Below are positions 12,001 to 23,394 of a stretch of DNA of 64,000 nucleotides, piece by piece; the stretch's first letter is position 1, and each line of letters starts with the position of its first letter. The notes under the pieces are model-generated. The model did not search any database and was not told the origin of the DNA. It worked only from the letters and a program-made list of their open reading frames with translations. The translations under genes were made by a program, and so were the position numbers. Source of the stretch: Escherichia coli (lineage in GTDB: Bacteria; Pseudomonadota; Gammaproteobacteria; Enterobacterales; Enterobacteriaceae); NCBI RefSeq assembly GCF_002854065.1, contig NZ_CP024147.1, one strand, 5' to 3'.

Positions 12001-13338
12001 ATGCACTCTCAAATCTGGGTTGTGAGCACGCTGCTTATCAGCATCGTGTTAATTGTACTGACCATCGTGAAGTTCAAATTCCACCCGTTTCTGGCGCTGT
12101 TGCTGGCCAGCTTCTTCGTGGGAACGATGATGGGCATGGAGCCACTGGATATGGTAAATGCTATTGAAAGTGGAATTGGCGGAACGCTGGGGTTCCTTGC
12201 TGCGGTTATCGGCCTGGGCACGATACTGGGAAAAATGATGGAAGTATCCGGGGCCGCAGAAAGAATTGGTCTGACACTTCAACGCTGCCGCTGGCTTTCG
12301 GCTGATGTCATTATGGTGCTGGTTGGCCTGATTTGCGGCATCACGCTGTTTGTTGAAGTGGGCGTCGTGCTATTGATTCCTCTGGCTTTTTCAATTGCCA
12401 AAAAAACCAATACCTCATTGTTAAAGCTGGCTATTCCGCTGTGTACCGCATTGATGGCAGTGCACTGCGTGGTTCCCCCACATCCGGCTGCTTTATATGT
12501 TGCCAATAAGCTGGGCGCAGATATCGGTTCGGTGATCGTCTACGGTTTGCTGGTTGGGCTGATGGCATCACTGATCGGTGGCCCACTTTTCCTTAAATTT
12601 CTGGGTCAACGACTGCCCTTTAAACCTGTACCCACAGAGTTTGCCGATCTCAAAGTTCGCGATGAAAAAACACTACCGTCATTAGGAGCAACGTTATTGA
12701 CCATACTGCTACCCATTGCGCTGATGTTGGTGAAAACGATTGCCGAATTGAATATGGCGCGTGAGAGTGGTTTGTATATCTTGCTTGAGTTTATTGGCAA
12801 CCCTATCACTGCCATGTTTATCGCCGTGTTTGTCGCCTATTATGTGTTGGGTATACGCCAGCATATGAGCATGGGGACGATGCTCACACATACGGAAAAT
12901 GGCTTCGGTTCTATTGCTAATATTTTGCTGATTATCGGGGCCGGAGGCGCATTCAACGCCATTTTAAAAAACAGCAGTCTCGCTGATACGCTGGCAGTTA
13001 TTCTCTCCAATATGCATATGCACCCGATTCTTCTGGCCTGGTTAGTAGCTCTTATTCTGCATGCGGCAGTGGGCTCCGCTACCGTGGCAATGATGGGGGC
13101 AACGGCAATTGTTGCACCCATGCTGCCGCTGTATCCCGACATCAGCCCGGAAATTATTGCGATTGCTATCGGTTCAGGCGCGATTGGCTGCACGATCGTT
13201 ACGGACTCGCTTTTCTGGCTGGTGAAGCAATATTGCGGCGCTACGCTCAATGAAACATTTAAATACTATACGACAGCGACATTTATCGCTTCAGTCGTCG
13301 CTCTGGCGGGCACATTCCTGCTGTCATTTATCATCTAA
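12001..13338 (+). CDS. dsdX: D-serine/gluconate-family permease (GntP family)
   Basis: 445 aa polytopic membrane protein immediately upstream of dsdA. Confidence 0.9.
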   Translation: MHSQIWVVSTLLISIVLIVLTIVKFKFHPFLALLLASFFVGTMMGMEPLDMVNAIESGIGGTLGFLAAVIGLGTILGKMMEVSGAAERIGLTLQRCRWLSADVIMVLVGLICGITLFVEVGVVLLIPLAFSIAKKTNTSLLKLAIPLCTALMAVHCVVPPHPAALYVANKLGADIGSVIVYGLLVGLMASLIGGPLFLKFLGQRLPFKPVPTEFADLKVRDEKTLPSLGATLLTILLPIALMLVKTIAELNMARESGLYILLEFIGNPITAMFIAVFVAYYVLGIRQHMSMGTMLTHTENGFGSIANILLIIGAGGAFNAILKNSSLADTLAVILSNMHMHPILLAWLVALILHAAVGSATVAMMGATAIVAPMLPLYPDISPEIIAIAIGSGAIGCTIVTDSLFWLVKQYCGATLNETFKYYTTATFIASVVALAGTFLLSFII

Positions 13339-13355
13339 GCGCAAAGAGACGTACT

Positions 13356-14684
13356 ATGGAAAACGCTAAAATGAACTCGCTCATCGCCCAGTATCCGTTG
13401 GTAAAGGATCTGGTTGCTCTTAAAGAAACCACCTGGTTTAATCCTGGCACGACCTCATTGGCTGAAGGTTTACCTTATGTTGGCCTGACCGAACAGGATG
13501 TTCAGGACGCCCATGCGCGCTTATCCCGTTTTGCACCCTATCTGGCAAAAGCATTTCCTGAAACTGCTGCCACTGGGGGGATTATTGAATCAGAACTGGT
13601 TGCCATTCCGGCTATGCAAAAACGGCTGGAAAAGGAATATCAACAACCGATCAGCGGGCAACTGTTACTGAAAAAAGATAGCCATTTGCCCATTTCCGGC
13701 TCCATAAAAGCACGCGGCGGGATTTATGAAGTCCTGGCACACGCAGAAAAACTGGCTCTGGAAGCGGGGTTGCTGACGCTTGATGATGACTACAGCAAAC
13801 TGCTTTCTCCGGAGTTTAAACAGTTCTTTAGCCAGTACAGCATTGCTGTGGGCTCAACCGGAAATCTGGGGTTATCAATCGGCATTATGAGCGCCCGCAT
13901 TGGCTTTAAGGTGACAGTGCATATGTCTGCTGATGCCCGGGCATGGAAAAAAGCGAAACTGCGCAGCCATGGCGTTACGGTCGTGGAATATGAGCAAGAT
14001 TATGGTGTTGCCGTCGAGGAAGGACGTAAAGCAGCGCAGTCTGACCCGAACTGTTTCTTTATTGATGACGAAAATTCCCGCACGTTGTTCCTTGGGTATT
14101 CCGTCGCTGGCCAGCGTCTTAAAGCGCAATTTGCCCAGCAAGGCCGTATCGTCGATGCTGATAACCCTCTGTTTGTCTATCTGCCGTGTGGTGTTGGCGG
14201 TGGTCCTGGTGGCGTCGCATTCGGGCTTAAACTGGCGTTTGGCGATCATGTTCACTGCTTTTTTGCCGAACCAACGCACTCCCCTTGTATGCTGTTAGGC
14301 ATCCATACAGGGTTACACGATCATATTTCTGTTCAGGATATTGGTATCGACAACCTTACCGCAGCGGATGGCCTTGCTGTTGGTCGCGCATCAGGCTTTG
14401 TCGGGCGGGCAATGGAGCGTCTGCTGGATGGCTTCTATACCCTTAGCGATCAAACCATGTATGACATGCTTGGCTGGCTGGCGCAGGAAGAAGGTATTCG
14501 TCTTGAACCTTCGGCACTGGCGGGTATGGCCGGACCTCAGCGCGTGTGTGCATCAGTAAGTTACCAACAGATGCACGGTTTCAGCGCAGAACAGCTGCGT
14601 AATGCCACTCATCTGGTGTGGGCGACGGGAGGTGGAATGGTGCCGGAAGAAGAGATGAATCAATATCTGGCAAAAGGCCGTTAA
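13356..14684 (+). CDS. dsdA: D-serine dehydratase (PLP-dependent)
   Basis: 442 aa with the PLP-lysine region ...SGSIKARGG.... Full-length, no disruption. Confidence 0.9.
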   Translation: MENAKMNSLIAQYPLVKDLVALKETTWFNPGTTSLAEGLPYVGLTEQDVQDAHARLSRFAPYLAKAFPETAATGGIIESELVAIPAMQKRLEKEYQQPISGQLLLKKDSHLPISGSIKARGGIYEVLAHAEKLALEAGLLTLDDDYSKLLSPEFKQFFSQYSIAVGSTGNLGLSIGIMSARIGFKVTVHMSADARAWKKAKLRSHGVTVVEYEQDYGVAVEEGRKAAQSDPNCFFIDDENSRTLFLGYSVAGQRLKAQFAQQGRIVDADNPLFVYLPCGVGGGPGGVAFGLKLAFGDHVHCFFAEPTHSPCMLLGIHTGLHDHISVQDIGIDNLTAADGLAVGRASGFVGRAMERLLDGFYTLSDQTMYDMLGWLAQEEGIRLEPSALAGMAGPQRVCASVSYQQMHGFSAEQLRNATHLVWATGGGMVPEEEMNQYLAKGR

Positions 14685-14791
14685 TAACGTTTCAACGCAG
14701 CATCGCCATCCTTTCCCTGGGTGAGCGATGCTGCCGATGGCGCAGACTTAAGATCCCCGGTCTTACCCGCTATAACCCCCTGCTTTTACCA

Positions 14792-16330
14792 TCACCCAAC
14801 GCCTTTCGCTGTAAACGGCGGTTTCGCAAACCAAACCAAAACCGTAAGTAAGATAAAAGCAATAGCCGCCATACGGAAAATCTCATTTGCAGAAATAGAA
14901 AGTGACTGCTGGGTTATTTCATTATTAATTTCATTAAGAACTCCTGAAAGCGAACCATAGTATTTATCCATAATTTGTGACGATGAATTAAACACGGGGT
15001 TAAATTGATCGATGGTTGCTGTCAACTGACTATGGTGTAACGATTCGCGTCGTCCCCACAGCGTCATTGTCAACGACGTACCAACGGATCCTGACAAGGT
15101 ACGAAAAAAATTACTCATACTCGAGGCATTGGCAAATTTATTATCTGGCAACCCTGAAAACGAAATCGTTGTTAAGGGTAAAAAGAAACAGGCAACGGCG
15201 AATCCCTGGAAAAACTGTGGCAAAATGATGCCTGTAAAATCAATCGTTGGCATAAATGTCACAGAACGCCAGTAATAGCAAACCGCATACATCAAAAAAC
15301 TAAATGTCACTAACAACCGCATGTCTATTTTGTTGCCATAACGTCCTATCAAAGGTGAAATTAATAGTGGCATGATGCCGATGGGCGCATAAGCAAGTCC
15401 GGCCCATATCGCATTATACCCCATCGTTTCCTGGAGTAACTGCGGCATAAGGACGATCGCTCCAGAGTAAAATAAATACGCGCATGTGATACTCACTATA
15501 CCAATGGTGAAGTTACGGGACTTAAACAAACTGAGATCAAGAATCGGGTTCTCTGAGGTCGACTCCCAAATGACTAAAGAGATCAGAGAAATAACTGATA
15601 CTACTGTTAATATTATTATTGTACTCGAGTTGAACCAATCCAGATCGCGCCCTTTATCAAGCATAATTTGCAAGCCACCAACACCGAGCACTAACAGGGT
15701 CAGTCCTGGTAGATTCATTTTGACCGGTGAAGTCTCAGTTTCTCTTCCTTTAAGTAAAGTTAAGCATAATGTCAGGACGATAATCCCCATAGGGACATTG
15801 ATTAAAAATATCCAACCCCAGCTAAAGTTATCACAAATATAACCGCCCAATATCGGCCCACATATCGGAGCGATAATCACGGTCATTGACCATAATGCCA
15901 GAGCAAATGTTCTTTTTTCTGGTGGATAATTCCTTAATAATAAACTCTGTGACAGTGGAATTAACGGCCCTGCCATTAACCCCTGAACGACTCTAAAAAA
16001 TATCAGCACATCAAGATTGGTCGATAAACTACACATTAAGGAAGACAGCGAAAAAAAAGTGACTGAAAGTAAAAATAACCTTAATTCGCCTATTCTTTGT
16101 GCCAGCCTGCCGGTAACAGGGATCGCAATGGCATTTGCTACGCCAAACGAGGTGATAACCCAGGTGCCTTCGTCTGTTGATGCTCCCAGAAAGCCAGATA
16201 TTGTCGGTATTGCGACGTTAGAAATAGTGGAATCCAACATTTGCATAAACGTCGCTAATGACAATGCAATAGTGACGCACCATAACGTCCCACCGGTTAA
16301 TGGTGCCGGAGTTGATTTAGTGATTGCCAT
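14792..16330 (-). CDS. emrY: MFS multidrug efflux transporter (EmrB paralog, 14 TMS)
   Basis: 512 aa hydrophobic MFS protein. Start overlaps the emrK stop. Confidence 0.9.
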   Translation of the reverse strand: MAITKSTPAPLTGGTLWCVTIALSLATFMQMLDSTISNVAIPTISGFLGASTDEGTWVITSFGVANAIAIPVTGRLAQRIGELRLFLLSVTFFSLSSLMCSLSTNLDVLIFFRVVQGLMAGPLIPLSQSLLLRNYPPEKRTFALALWSMTVIIAPICGPILGGYICDNFSWGWIFLINVPMGIIVLTLCLTLLKGRETETSPVKMNLPGLTLLVLGVGGLQIMLDKGRDLDWFNSSTIIILTVVSVISLISLVIWESTSENPILDLSLFKSRNFTIGIVSITCAYLFYSGAIVLMPQLLQETMGYNAIWAGLAYAPIGIMPLLISPLIGRYGNKIDMRLLVTFSFLMYAVCYYWRSVTFMPTIDFTGIILPQFFQGFAVACFFLPLTTISFSGLPDNKFANASSMSNFFRTLSGSVGTSLTMTLWGRRESLHHSQLTATIDQFNPVFNSSSQIMDKYYGSLSGVLNEINNEITQQSLSISANEIFRMAAIAFILLTVLVWFAKPPFTAKGVG

Positions 16331-17493
16331 TAAAGTTGTCCATTATGCGAAATAATGTTGCTAATTTCTTTTTCTATCGGACTGGTATCGATAACTAAAG
16401 CCTTACTGGTATAAGCCGGCATGGAGGTCACGGTTGAAGCCAGATCAGGCAGCTCAGCAATGTCTTCGTCCTTCGTATCAATAGTTGCAGTCATCGATAA
16501 ACCAATGCGCAAGGGGTGTTCCATGAGTTCTTTTGGATCAAGAGAAACTTCAACCGGTACACGCTGAACGATTTTGATCCAGTTCCCTGTCGCATTTTGT
16601 GCAGGTAATAAGGAGAACGCATTGCCGGTTCCCATATTGATCCCTGTCACCCGGCCATGAAACACAACATTCTCACCATAAAGATCGCTGATAATATTGA
16701 CCGATTGACCAATCCGTACATCCGTGAGTTGTGTTTCTTTAAAGTTAGCATTAACCCACATTTGACGTGCCGGTACGACAGCCATTAACGATTGTCCGGG
16801 ACTCACTGTTTCGCCGACCTGAACACTTCTCTGGGCAATATAGCCGGTAACCGGACTCTTAATATCCGTACGTTTAAGCGCCAACCAGGCTTCTTTGGTT
16901 GCATCCGCAGCTTCAACGACTTGTGGCTGACGGTTTAATGGTGTGTTCATTACTAAAGCTTTATTCGCTTTATAAGCCTGGATAGCGGCATTCAATGCCG
17001 CTTTGCTACTTATTAACGTATCTTTGGTATGCTCCAGCGTTTCTTTTGAAATAACCCCCTGCTTCGCTAAAGGCACACGACGGTTATAATCTTCTAAAGA
17101 TTGTTGATACTGAATACGTGCTGAAGCAACTTCGGCACTGTATTGTTTATCCTGTAAGTATAGTTTATTCGTTTGCCGAACAATATTTGCCAGATTATTT
17201 TTAGCTTTATTGAGTGCGATAGTGGCATCAGTTTTATCCAGTGAAACTAAAATGTCACCCTGTCGAACGTAGTTCGTATCTTTATGATTAACTACAGTGA
17301 CACTACCTGAGACTTGTGCAGAAATTGGATCTGCATTCCCCGTGACATAGGCGTCATCTGTACTAATCATGTCTTCTAATTCCATTGACCAATAGGCATA
17401 GGCACCTGAAAACGCAATAAATAAAACTACCGCCAATAAAGAAAAGTATTTTCTTCTGTTAGAATGTTTTTTATTTGAATTAATCTGTTCCAC
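16330..17493 (-). CDS. emrK: Membrane fusion (periplasmic adaptor) protein of the EmrKY efflux pump
   Basis: 387 aa with N-terminal TM anchor and coiled-coil/HlyD-like region, upstream of emrY. Confidence 0.9.
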   Translation of the reverse strand: MEQINSNKKHSNRRKYFSLLAVVLFIAFSGAYAYWSMELEDMISTDDAYVTGNADPISAQVSGSVTVVNHKDTNYVRQGDILVSLDKTDATIALNKAKNNLANIVRQTNKLYLQDKQYSAEVASARIQYQQSLEDYNRRVPLAKQGVISKETLEHTKDTLISSKAALNAAIQAYKANKALVMNTPLNRQPQVVEAADATKEAWLALKRTDIKSPVTGYIAQRSVQVGETVSPGQSLMAVVPARQMWVNANFKETQLTDVRIGQSVNIISDLYGENVVFHGRVTGINMGTGNAFSLLPAQNATGNWIKIVQRVPVEVSLDPKELMEHPLRIGLSMTATIDTKDEDIAELPDLASTVTSMPAYTSKALVIDTSPIEKEISNIISHNGQL

Positions 17494-17665
17494 TTTTATC
17501 TCTCATTTCGCATAGATGAAATTTATGAATTGAATGAAAAGAGTATTCATTCTTCATATCAAACACAGTGCATGTGTGCACATTATCCCAGGAACGTTGG
17601 AGGCCTAATTTAAATGAGGTGCAAAAAAAACAACAGAGGACTAAACCGTGGCTTTTGCAATACAA

Positions 17666-17683
17666 TTCTTACGCCTGTAGGAT
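17666..17683 (+). promoter_or_regulatory. Candidate EvgA box in the emrK-evgA divergent promoter region
   Basis: TTCTTACGCCTGTAGGAT, an imperfect inverted repeat resembling the EvgA consensus half-sites (TTCYTACA). Assigned from memory of the consensus. Confidence 0.35.
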
Positions 17684-17907
17684 TAGTGAGAAGACTTATA
17701 GTGCTAATGTGAAACTATAAATCATCGGTACAATCCCTGATTTTATTGTTGACATTTCATATATGCCGACTATTTATATGGTATACTTGTCGAATTATCT
17801 TAAAGGAAGCTCAAATTTTCTTATTTTTATTGAGAAAATGAGATGATGCCTTATGTCTGTATTACTACAGGGAGAAGGGAGATGCTTCATTGCAAAGGGA
17901 ATAATCT

Positions 17908-18522
17908 ATGAACGCAATAATTATTGATGACCATCCTCTTGCTATCGCAGCAATTCGTAATTTATTGATCAAAAACGATATTGAAATCTTAGCAGAGTTG
18001 ACTGAAGGCGGAAGTGCCGTTCAGCGGGTGGAAACACTTAAGCCTGATATCGTCATCATTGATGTCGATATCCCCGGAGTTAACGGTATCCAGGTGTTAG
18101 AAACGCTGAGGAAGCGCCAATATAGCGGAATTATTATTATCGTCTCCGCTAAAAATGACCATTTTTACGGGAAACATTGTGCTGATGCTGGCGCTAATGG
18201 TTTCGTGAGTAAAAAAGAAGGCATGAACAATATCATTGCGGCTATTGAAGCTGCAAAAAATGGCTACTGCTATTTCCCCTTCTCTCTCAACCGGTTTGTT
18301 GGAAGTTTAACGTCCGACCAGCAAAAACTCGACTCCTTATCGAAACAAGAAATTAGTGTCATGCGCTATATTCTTGATGGCAAGGATAATAATGACATTG
18401 CTGAAAAAATGTTCATCAGCAACAAAACTGTCAGCACGTATAAAAGTCGCCTGATGGAAAAATTAGAATGTAAATCACTGATGGATCTTTACACATTCGC
18501 ACAACGTAACAAAATCGGCTAA
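17908..18522 (+). CDS. evgA: Two-component response regulator (NarL/FixJ family)
   Basis: 204 aa with receiver domain (DD...D, K) and C-terminal LuxR-type HTH. Confidence 0.9.
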   Translation: MNAIIIDDHPLAIAAIRNLLIKNDIEILAELTEGGSAVQRVETLKPDIVIIDVDIPGVNGIQVLETLRKRQYSGIIIIVSAKNDHFYGKHCADAGANGFVSKKEGMNNIIAAIEAAKNGYCYFPFSLNRFVGSLTSDQQKLDSLSKQEISVMRYILDGKDNNDIAEKMFISNKTVSTYKSRLMEKLECKSLMDLYTFAQRNKIG

Positions 18523-18526
18523 CCAC

Positions 18527-21500
18527 ATGAAGTTTTTACCCTATATTTTTCTTCTCTGTTGTGGTCTTTGGTCGACCATAAGTTTCGCAGACGAAGATTA
18601 CATCGAATATCGTGGCATCAGTAGTAACAACCGTGTCACACTTGATCCACTACGTCTGAGCAACAAGGAATTACGTTGGTTAGCGAGCAAAAAAAATCTT
18701 GTGATTGCAGTACATAAGTCCCAAACGGCTACGTTGTTGCATACCGATTCGCAGCAACGGGTTCGTGGTATTAATGCTGATTATTTAAATCTTTTAAAAA
18801 GAGCGTTAAATATCAAATTAACACTCCGGGAATACGCCGATCACCAAAAAGCAATGGACGCGCTGGAAGAAGGTGAAGTCGATATAGTGTTATCACATTT
18901 AGTTGCTTCGCCGCCTCTTAATGATGACATTGCTGCAACCAAACCACTGATAATTACCTTTCCGGCGCTGGTCACCACCCTTCACGATTCAATGCGACCG
19001 CTTACCTCATCAAAACCAGTAAATATTGCTCGAGTAGCAAATTATCCCCCTGACGAGGTAATTCATCAATCATTTCCAAAAGCAACAATTATCTCTTTTA
19101 CAAATTTATATCAGGCATTAGCATCCGTCTCAGCCGGACAGAATGATTACTTTATTGGTAGTAACATCATTACCAGCAGTATGATTTCCCGCTATTTCAC
19201 TCACTCCTTAAATGTAGTGAAATATTATAACTCACCGCGTCAATATAATTTTTTCTTGACCAGAAAAGAATCTGTCGTTCTTAATGAAGTACTCAATCGA
19301 TTTGTTGATGCTTTGACAAATGAAGTTCGCTATGAAGTATCACAAAATTGGCTTGATACAGGAAACCTGGCCTTTCTGAACAAACCATTAGAACTCACTG
19401 AACATGAAAAACAGTGGATTAAGCAGCATCCCGATTTAAAGGTGCTGGAAAATCCTTACTCGCCCCCCTATTCTATGACGGATGAAAATGGCTCGGTTCG
19501 GGGCGTTATGGGGGACATTCTTAATATTATTACCTTGCAAACAGGTTTAAATTTTTCTCCGATCACCGTTTCACACAATATCCATGCTGGAACACAGCTG
19601 AATCCCGGCGGATGGGATATATTACCCGGTGCTATTTATAGTGAAGATAGAGAAAATAATGTTTTATTTGCTGAAGCCTTCATAACAACGCCTTACGTTT
19701 TTGTCATGCAAAAAGCGCCTGACAGTGAACAAACATTAAAAAAAGGAATGAAAGTTGCCATTCCATATTATTATGAGCTTCATTCGCAATTAAAAGAGAT
19801 GTATCCGGAGGTAGAGTGGATAAAAGTCGATAACGCCAGCGCTGCATTTCACAAGGTCAAGGAAGGCGAACTTGATGCTCTGGTCGCGACACAGTTAAAT
19901 TCACGTTACATGATCGACCATTACTATCCTAATGAACTTTATCATTTTCTTATTCCCGGCGTTCCGAATGCATCGCTTTCGTTCGCTTTTCCTCGCGGAG
20001 AACCGGAACTTAAGGATATTATTAATAAAGCACTGAATGCAATCCCCCCAAGCGAAGTTCTGCGCCTGACCGAAAAATGGATTAAAATGCCCAATGTGAC
20101 CATTGACACATGGGACCTCTATAGCGAGCAATTTTATATTGTTACGACATTATCCGTTTTATTAGTTGGCAGTAGCCTTTTATGGGGATTCTACCTGTTA
20201 CGCTCAGTTCGTCGTCGTAAAGTCATTCAGGGTGATTTAGAAAACCAAATATCATTCCGGAAAGCACTCTCGGATTCCTTACCGAATCCAACTTATGTTG
20301 TAAACTGGCAAGGTAATGTCATTAGTCATAATAGTGCTTTTGAACATTATTTCACTGCGGATTACTACAAAAATGCAATGTTACCATTAGAAAACAGTGA
20401 CTCCCCCTTTAAAGATGTTTTTTCTAATGCGCATGAAGTCACAGCAGAAACGAAAGAAAATCGAACAATATACACACAGGTATTTGAAATTGATAATGGC
20501 ATCGAGAAAAGATGCATTAATCACTGGCATACATTATGCAATCTGCCAGCCAGCGAACATGCTGTTTATATTTGTGGTTGGCAAGATATTACCGAGACGC
20601 GTGATTTAATTCATGCACTCGAAGTAGAGAGAAATAAAGCGATCAATGCAACTGTCGCAAAAAGCCAGTTTCTGGCAACAATGAGTCACGAAATAAGAAC
20701 ACCAATTAGCTCCATTATGGGCTTCCTGGAACTTCTGTCGGGTTCTGGTCTTAGCAAGGAGCAACGTGTGGAGGCGATTTCACTTGCCTACGCCACCGGA
20801 CAATCACTCCTCGGCTTAATTGGTGAAATCCTTGATGTCGACAAAATTGAATCGGGTAACTATCAACTTCAACCACAATGGGTCGATATTCCTACTTTAG
20901 TCCAGAACACTTGTCACTCTTTCGGTGCGATTGCTGCAAGCAAATCGATCGCATTAAGTTGCAGCAGTACGTTTCCTGAACATTACCTGGTTAAGATCGA
21001 CCCTCAGGCGTTTAAGCAGGTCTTATCAAATTTACTGAGTAATGCTCTCAAATTTACCACCGAGGGGGCAGTAAAAATTACGACCTCCCTGGTTCACATT
21101 GATGACAACCACGCTGTAATCAAAATGACGATTATGGATTCTGGAAGTGGATTATCACAGGAAGAACAACAACAACTGTTTAAACGTTATAGCCAAACAA
21201 GTGCAGGTCGTCAGCAAACAGGTTCTGGTTTAGGCTTAATGATCTGCAAAGAATTAATTAAAAACATGCAGGGTGATTTGTCATTAGAAAGTCATCCAGG
21301 CATAGGAACAACATTTACGATCACAATCCCGGTAGAAATTACCCAACAAGTGGCGGCTGTCGAGGCAAAAGCAGAACAACCTATCACACTACCTGAAAAG
21401 TTGAGCATATTAATCGCGGATGATCATCCGACCAACAGGCTATTACTCAAACGCCAGCTAAATCTATTAGGATATGATGTTGACGAAGCCACTGATGGTG

Positions 21501-22120
21501 TGCAAGCGCTACACAAAGTCAGTATGCAACATTATGATCTGCTTATTACTGACGTTAATATGCCGAATATGGATGGTTTTGAGTTGACTCGCAAACTCCG
21601 TGAGCAAAATTCGTCCTTACCCATCTGGGGGCTTACAGCCAACGCACAGGCTAACGAACGTGAAAAAGGGTTAAATTGCGGCATGAACTTATGTTTGTTC
21701 AAACCGTTGACCCTGGATGTACTGAAAACACATTTAAGTCAGTTACACCAGGTTGCGCATATTGCACCTCAGTATCGCCACCTTGATATCGAAGCCCTGA
21801 AAAATAATACGGCGAACGATCTACAACTGATGCAGGAGATTCTCATGACTTTCCAGCATGAAACGCATAAAGATCTACCCGCTGCGTTTCATGCACTAGA
21901 AGCTGGCGATAACAGAACTTTCCATCAATGTATTCATCGCATCCACGGTGCGGCTAACATCCTGAATTTGCAAAAGTTGATTAATATTAGCCATCAGTTA
22001 GAAATAACACCTGTTTCAGATGACAGTAAGCCTGAAATTCTTCAGTTGCTAAACTCTGTAAAAGAACACATTGCAGAGCTGGACCAGGAAATTGCTGTTT
22101 TCTGTCAGCAAAATGACTAA
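18527..22120 (+). CDS. evgS: Hybrid sensor histidine kinase (periplasmic tandem binding domains, HisKA/HATPase, receiver, HPt)
   Basis: 1197 aa with signal/TM, H-box (ATMSHEIRTPISSIMGF), receiver (ILIADDHPTNR...) and C-terminal HPt. Confidence 0.9.
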   Translation: MKFLPYIFLLCCGLWSTISFADEDYIEYRGISSNNRVTLDPLRLSNKELRWLASKKNLVIAVHKSQTATLLHTDSQQRVRGINADYLNLLKRALNIKLTLREYADHQKAMDALEEGEVDIVLSHLVASPPLNDDIAATKPLIITFPALVTTLHDSMRPLTSSKPVNIARVANYPPDEVIHQSFPKATIISFTNLYQALASVSAGQNDYFIGSNIITSSMISRYFTHSLNVVKYYNSPRQYNFFLTRKESVVLNEVLNRFVDALTNEVRYEVSQNWLDTGNLAFLNKPLELTEHEKQWIKQHPDLKVLENPYSPPYSMTDENGSVRGVMGDILNIITLQTGLNFSPITVSHNIHAGTQLNPGGWDILPGAIYSEDRENNVLFAEAFITTPYVFVMQKAPDSEQTLKKGMKVAIPYYYELHSQLKEMYPEVEWIKVDNASAAFHKVKEGELDALVATQLNSRYMIDHYYPNELYHFLIPGVPNASLSFAFPRGEPELKDIINKALNAIPPSEVLRLTEKWIKMPNVTIDTWDLYSEQFYIVTTLSVLLVGSSLLWGFYLLRSVRRRKVIQGDLENQISFRKALSDSLPNPTYVVNWQGNVISHNSAFEHYFTADYYKNAMLPLENSDSPFKDVFSNAHEVTAETKENRTIYTQVFEIDNGIEKRCINHWHTLCNLPASEHAVYICGWQDITETRDLIHALEVERNKAINATVAKSQFLATMSHEIRTPISSIMGFLELLSGSGLSKEQRVEAISLAYATGQSLLGLIGEILDVDKIESGNYQLQPQWVDIPTLVQNTCHSFGAIAASKSIALSCSSTFPEHYLVKIDPQAFKQVLSNLLSNALKFTTEGAVKITTSLVHIDDNHAVIKMTIMDSGSGLSQEEQQQLFKRYSQTSAGRQQTGSGLGLMICKELIKNMQGDLSLESHPGIGTTFTITIPVEITQQVAAVEAKAEQPITLPEKLSILIADDHPTNRLLLKRQLNLLGYDVDEATDGVQALHKVSMQHYDLLITDVNMPNMDGFELTRKLREQNSSLPIWGLTANAQANEREKGLNCGMNLCLFKPLTLDVLKTHLSQLHQVAHIAPQYRHLDIEALKNNTANDLQLMQEILMTFQHETHKDLPAAFHALEAGDNRTFHQCIHRIHGAANILNLQKLINISHQLEITPVSDDSKPEILQLLNSVKEHIAELDQEIAVFCQQND

Positions 22121-22160
22121 ATAGCGGCTCCCACAATGTTCAAATGTGGGAGCTATTTAC
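22121..22160 (+). terminator. Hairpin between convergent evgS and yfdE (candidate bidirectional terminator)
   Basis: Inverted repeat GCTCCCACA ... TGTGGGAGC directly after the evgS stop. Confidence 0.4.
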
Positions 22161-22175
22161 CAGCACATCTTACAT

Positions 22176-23321
22176 TTATGATGAGAACTCCTGGCGAATT
22201 TGCTCCCCATGCTGGTCGAGCGTTGCCGCTCCCGGCATAACATGCGGGTCCGCGCAGCCACTGATTTTTATCGGATTACCCGGCATCATTATTCCCCCGG
22301 CTTCAATCAACATATTTCTCGCCTGAGTTTGTGGCAAATTAATGGCCTCAGCCACACTTAATAACGGCGCGACGGGCACACCAACTTCATGTATTCTGGC
22401 TAACCAAACTTCAGCTGCCTGTGTTTTTAACGTCCGCTCAATATATTGTTTAAGAATAGCCTGGTTTTGTACGCGTAAAATATTGCTGCTAAATCTGGGA
22501 TCATTAACCAGTTCCGTAAGCTCCAGTGCCTGGCATAACGCAGAGAAAAGCTTGTCATTACCACAACAAATCGTAATCGGCTTATCCTGAGTATCGAAAA
22601 CATCAAAAGGTGCCATGTAGGGGTGGCGATTTCCCAAACGTTGTGGTGACTTCCCAGTCGCGATATATGCCATCAGCCCGTGCTCCAGAAAACTCAGCGT
22701 GGCATCAAACATCGCTATATCGACATGCGCCCCTCTCTGGCTCTTTTCGCGGCCATAAAGTGCACTCACTATTCCACTGAATAAATAGACACCGCCACAT
22801 AGATCCGCAAGAGAAGTACCAACGCGCACTGGCGGAGCATCAGGGTATCCCGTTTCCATCATTATCCCGCTCATTGCCTGAATGATGGTATCGTAGGCAG
22901 GAGCATCTTTTAGCGGACCGGTATGTCCGAAACCTGACGATGAAGCATATATGAGGCGCGGGTTGATTTCTTGTAACCTTTCCCATGAAAACCCCAGTTT
23001 TTCCATTGTACCTGGGCGAAAATTCTCAGCTAATACATCAGCTTGTTTAAGCATATTTATAAATATACTTTTATCGTGATCATTCTTTAAATCAAGAACC
23101 ACACTCTCTTTACCATGATTAATAAAACTGTAATAGAGTGACTGTCCATCCACATAGGGACCAAATGTGCGGGTATCATCACCATGACCTGGTGGCTCAA
23201 CTTTAATTACCCTTGCGCCCATATTACAAAGAAGTTGAGTTCCGAAAGGTCCATTAAGGACATGTGTCATATCGATAACTAATAAGCCTTCAAACGGCCC
23301 TTTGCTTTCATTATTTGTCAT
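22176..23321 (-). CDS. yfdE: CoA-transferase family III protein (acetyl-CoA:oxalate CoA-transferase)
   Basis: 381 aa from ATG at 23321 (MTNNESKGPFEGLLVIDMTHVLNGPFG...). Paralogous to frc. The ORF-track start at 23360 is an extension. Confidence 0.85.
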   Translation of the reverse strand: MTNNESKGPFEGLLVIDMTHVLNGPFGTQLLCNMGARVIKVEPPGHGDDTRTFGPYVDGQSLYYSFINHGKESVVLDLKNDHDKSIFINMLKQADVLAENFRPGTMEKLGFSWERLQEINPRLIYASSSGFGHTGPLKDAPAYDTIIQAMSGIMMETGYPDAPPVRVGTSLADLCGGVYLFSGIVSALYGREKSQRGAHVDIAMFDATLSFLEHGLMAYIATGKSPQRLGNRHPYMAPFDVFDTQDKPITICCGNDKLFSALCQALELTELVNDPRFSSNILRVQNQAILKQYIERTLKTQAAEVWLARIHEVGVPVAPLLSVAEAINLPQTQARNMLIEAGGIMMPGNPIKISGCADPHVMPGAATLDQHGEQIRQEFSS

Positions 23322-23394
23322 TTGCTTATGCCTTGAAAAAAGCCGAAGGTGAAAAGACACTTCGGCATTTATGTAAAATCAATAACATGATTAA

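Noticed and set aside
22144-22590. Two short plus-strand ORFs (60 and 82 aa) after evgS
   Set aside because: They overlap the evgS terminator hairpin and the 3' end of convergent yfdE, with no coding signal.
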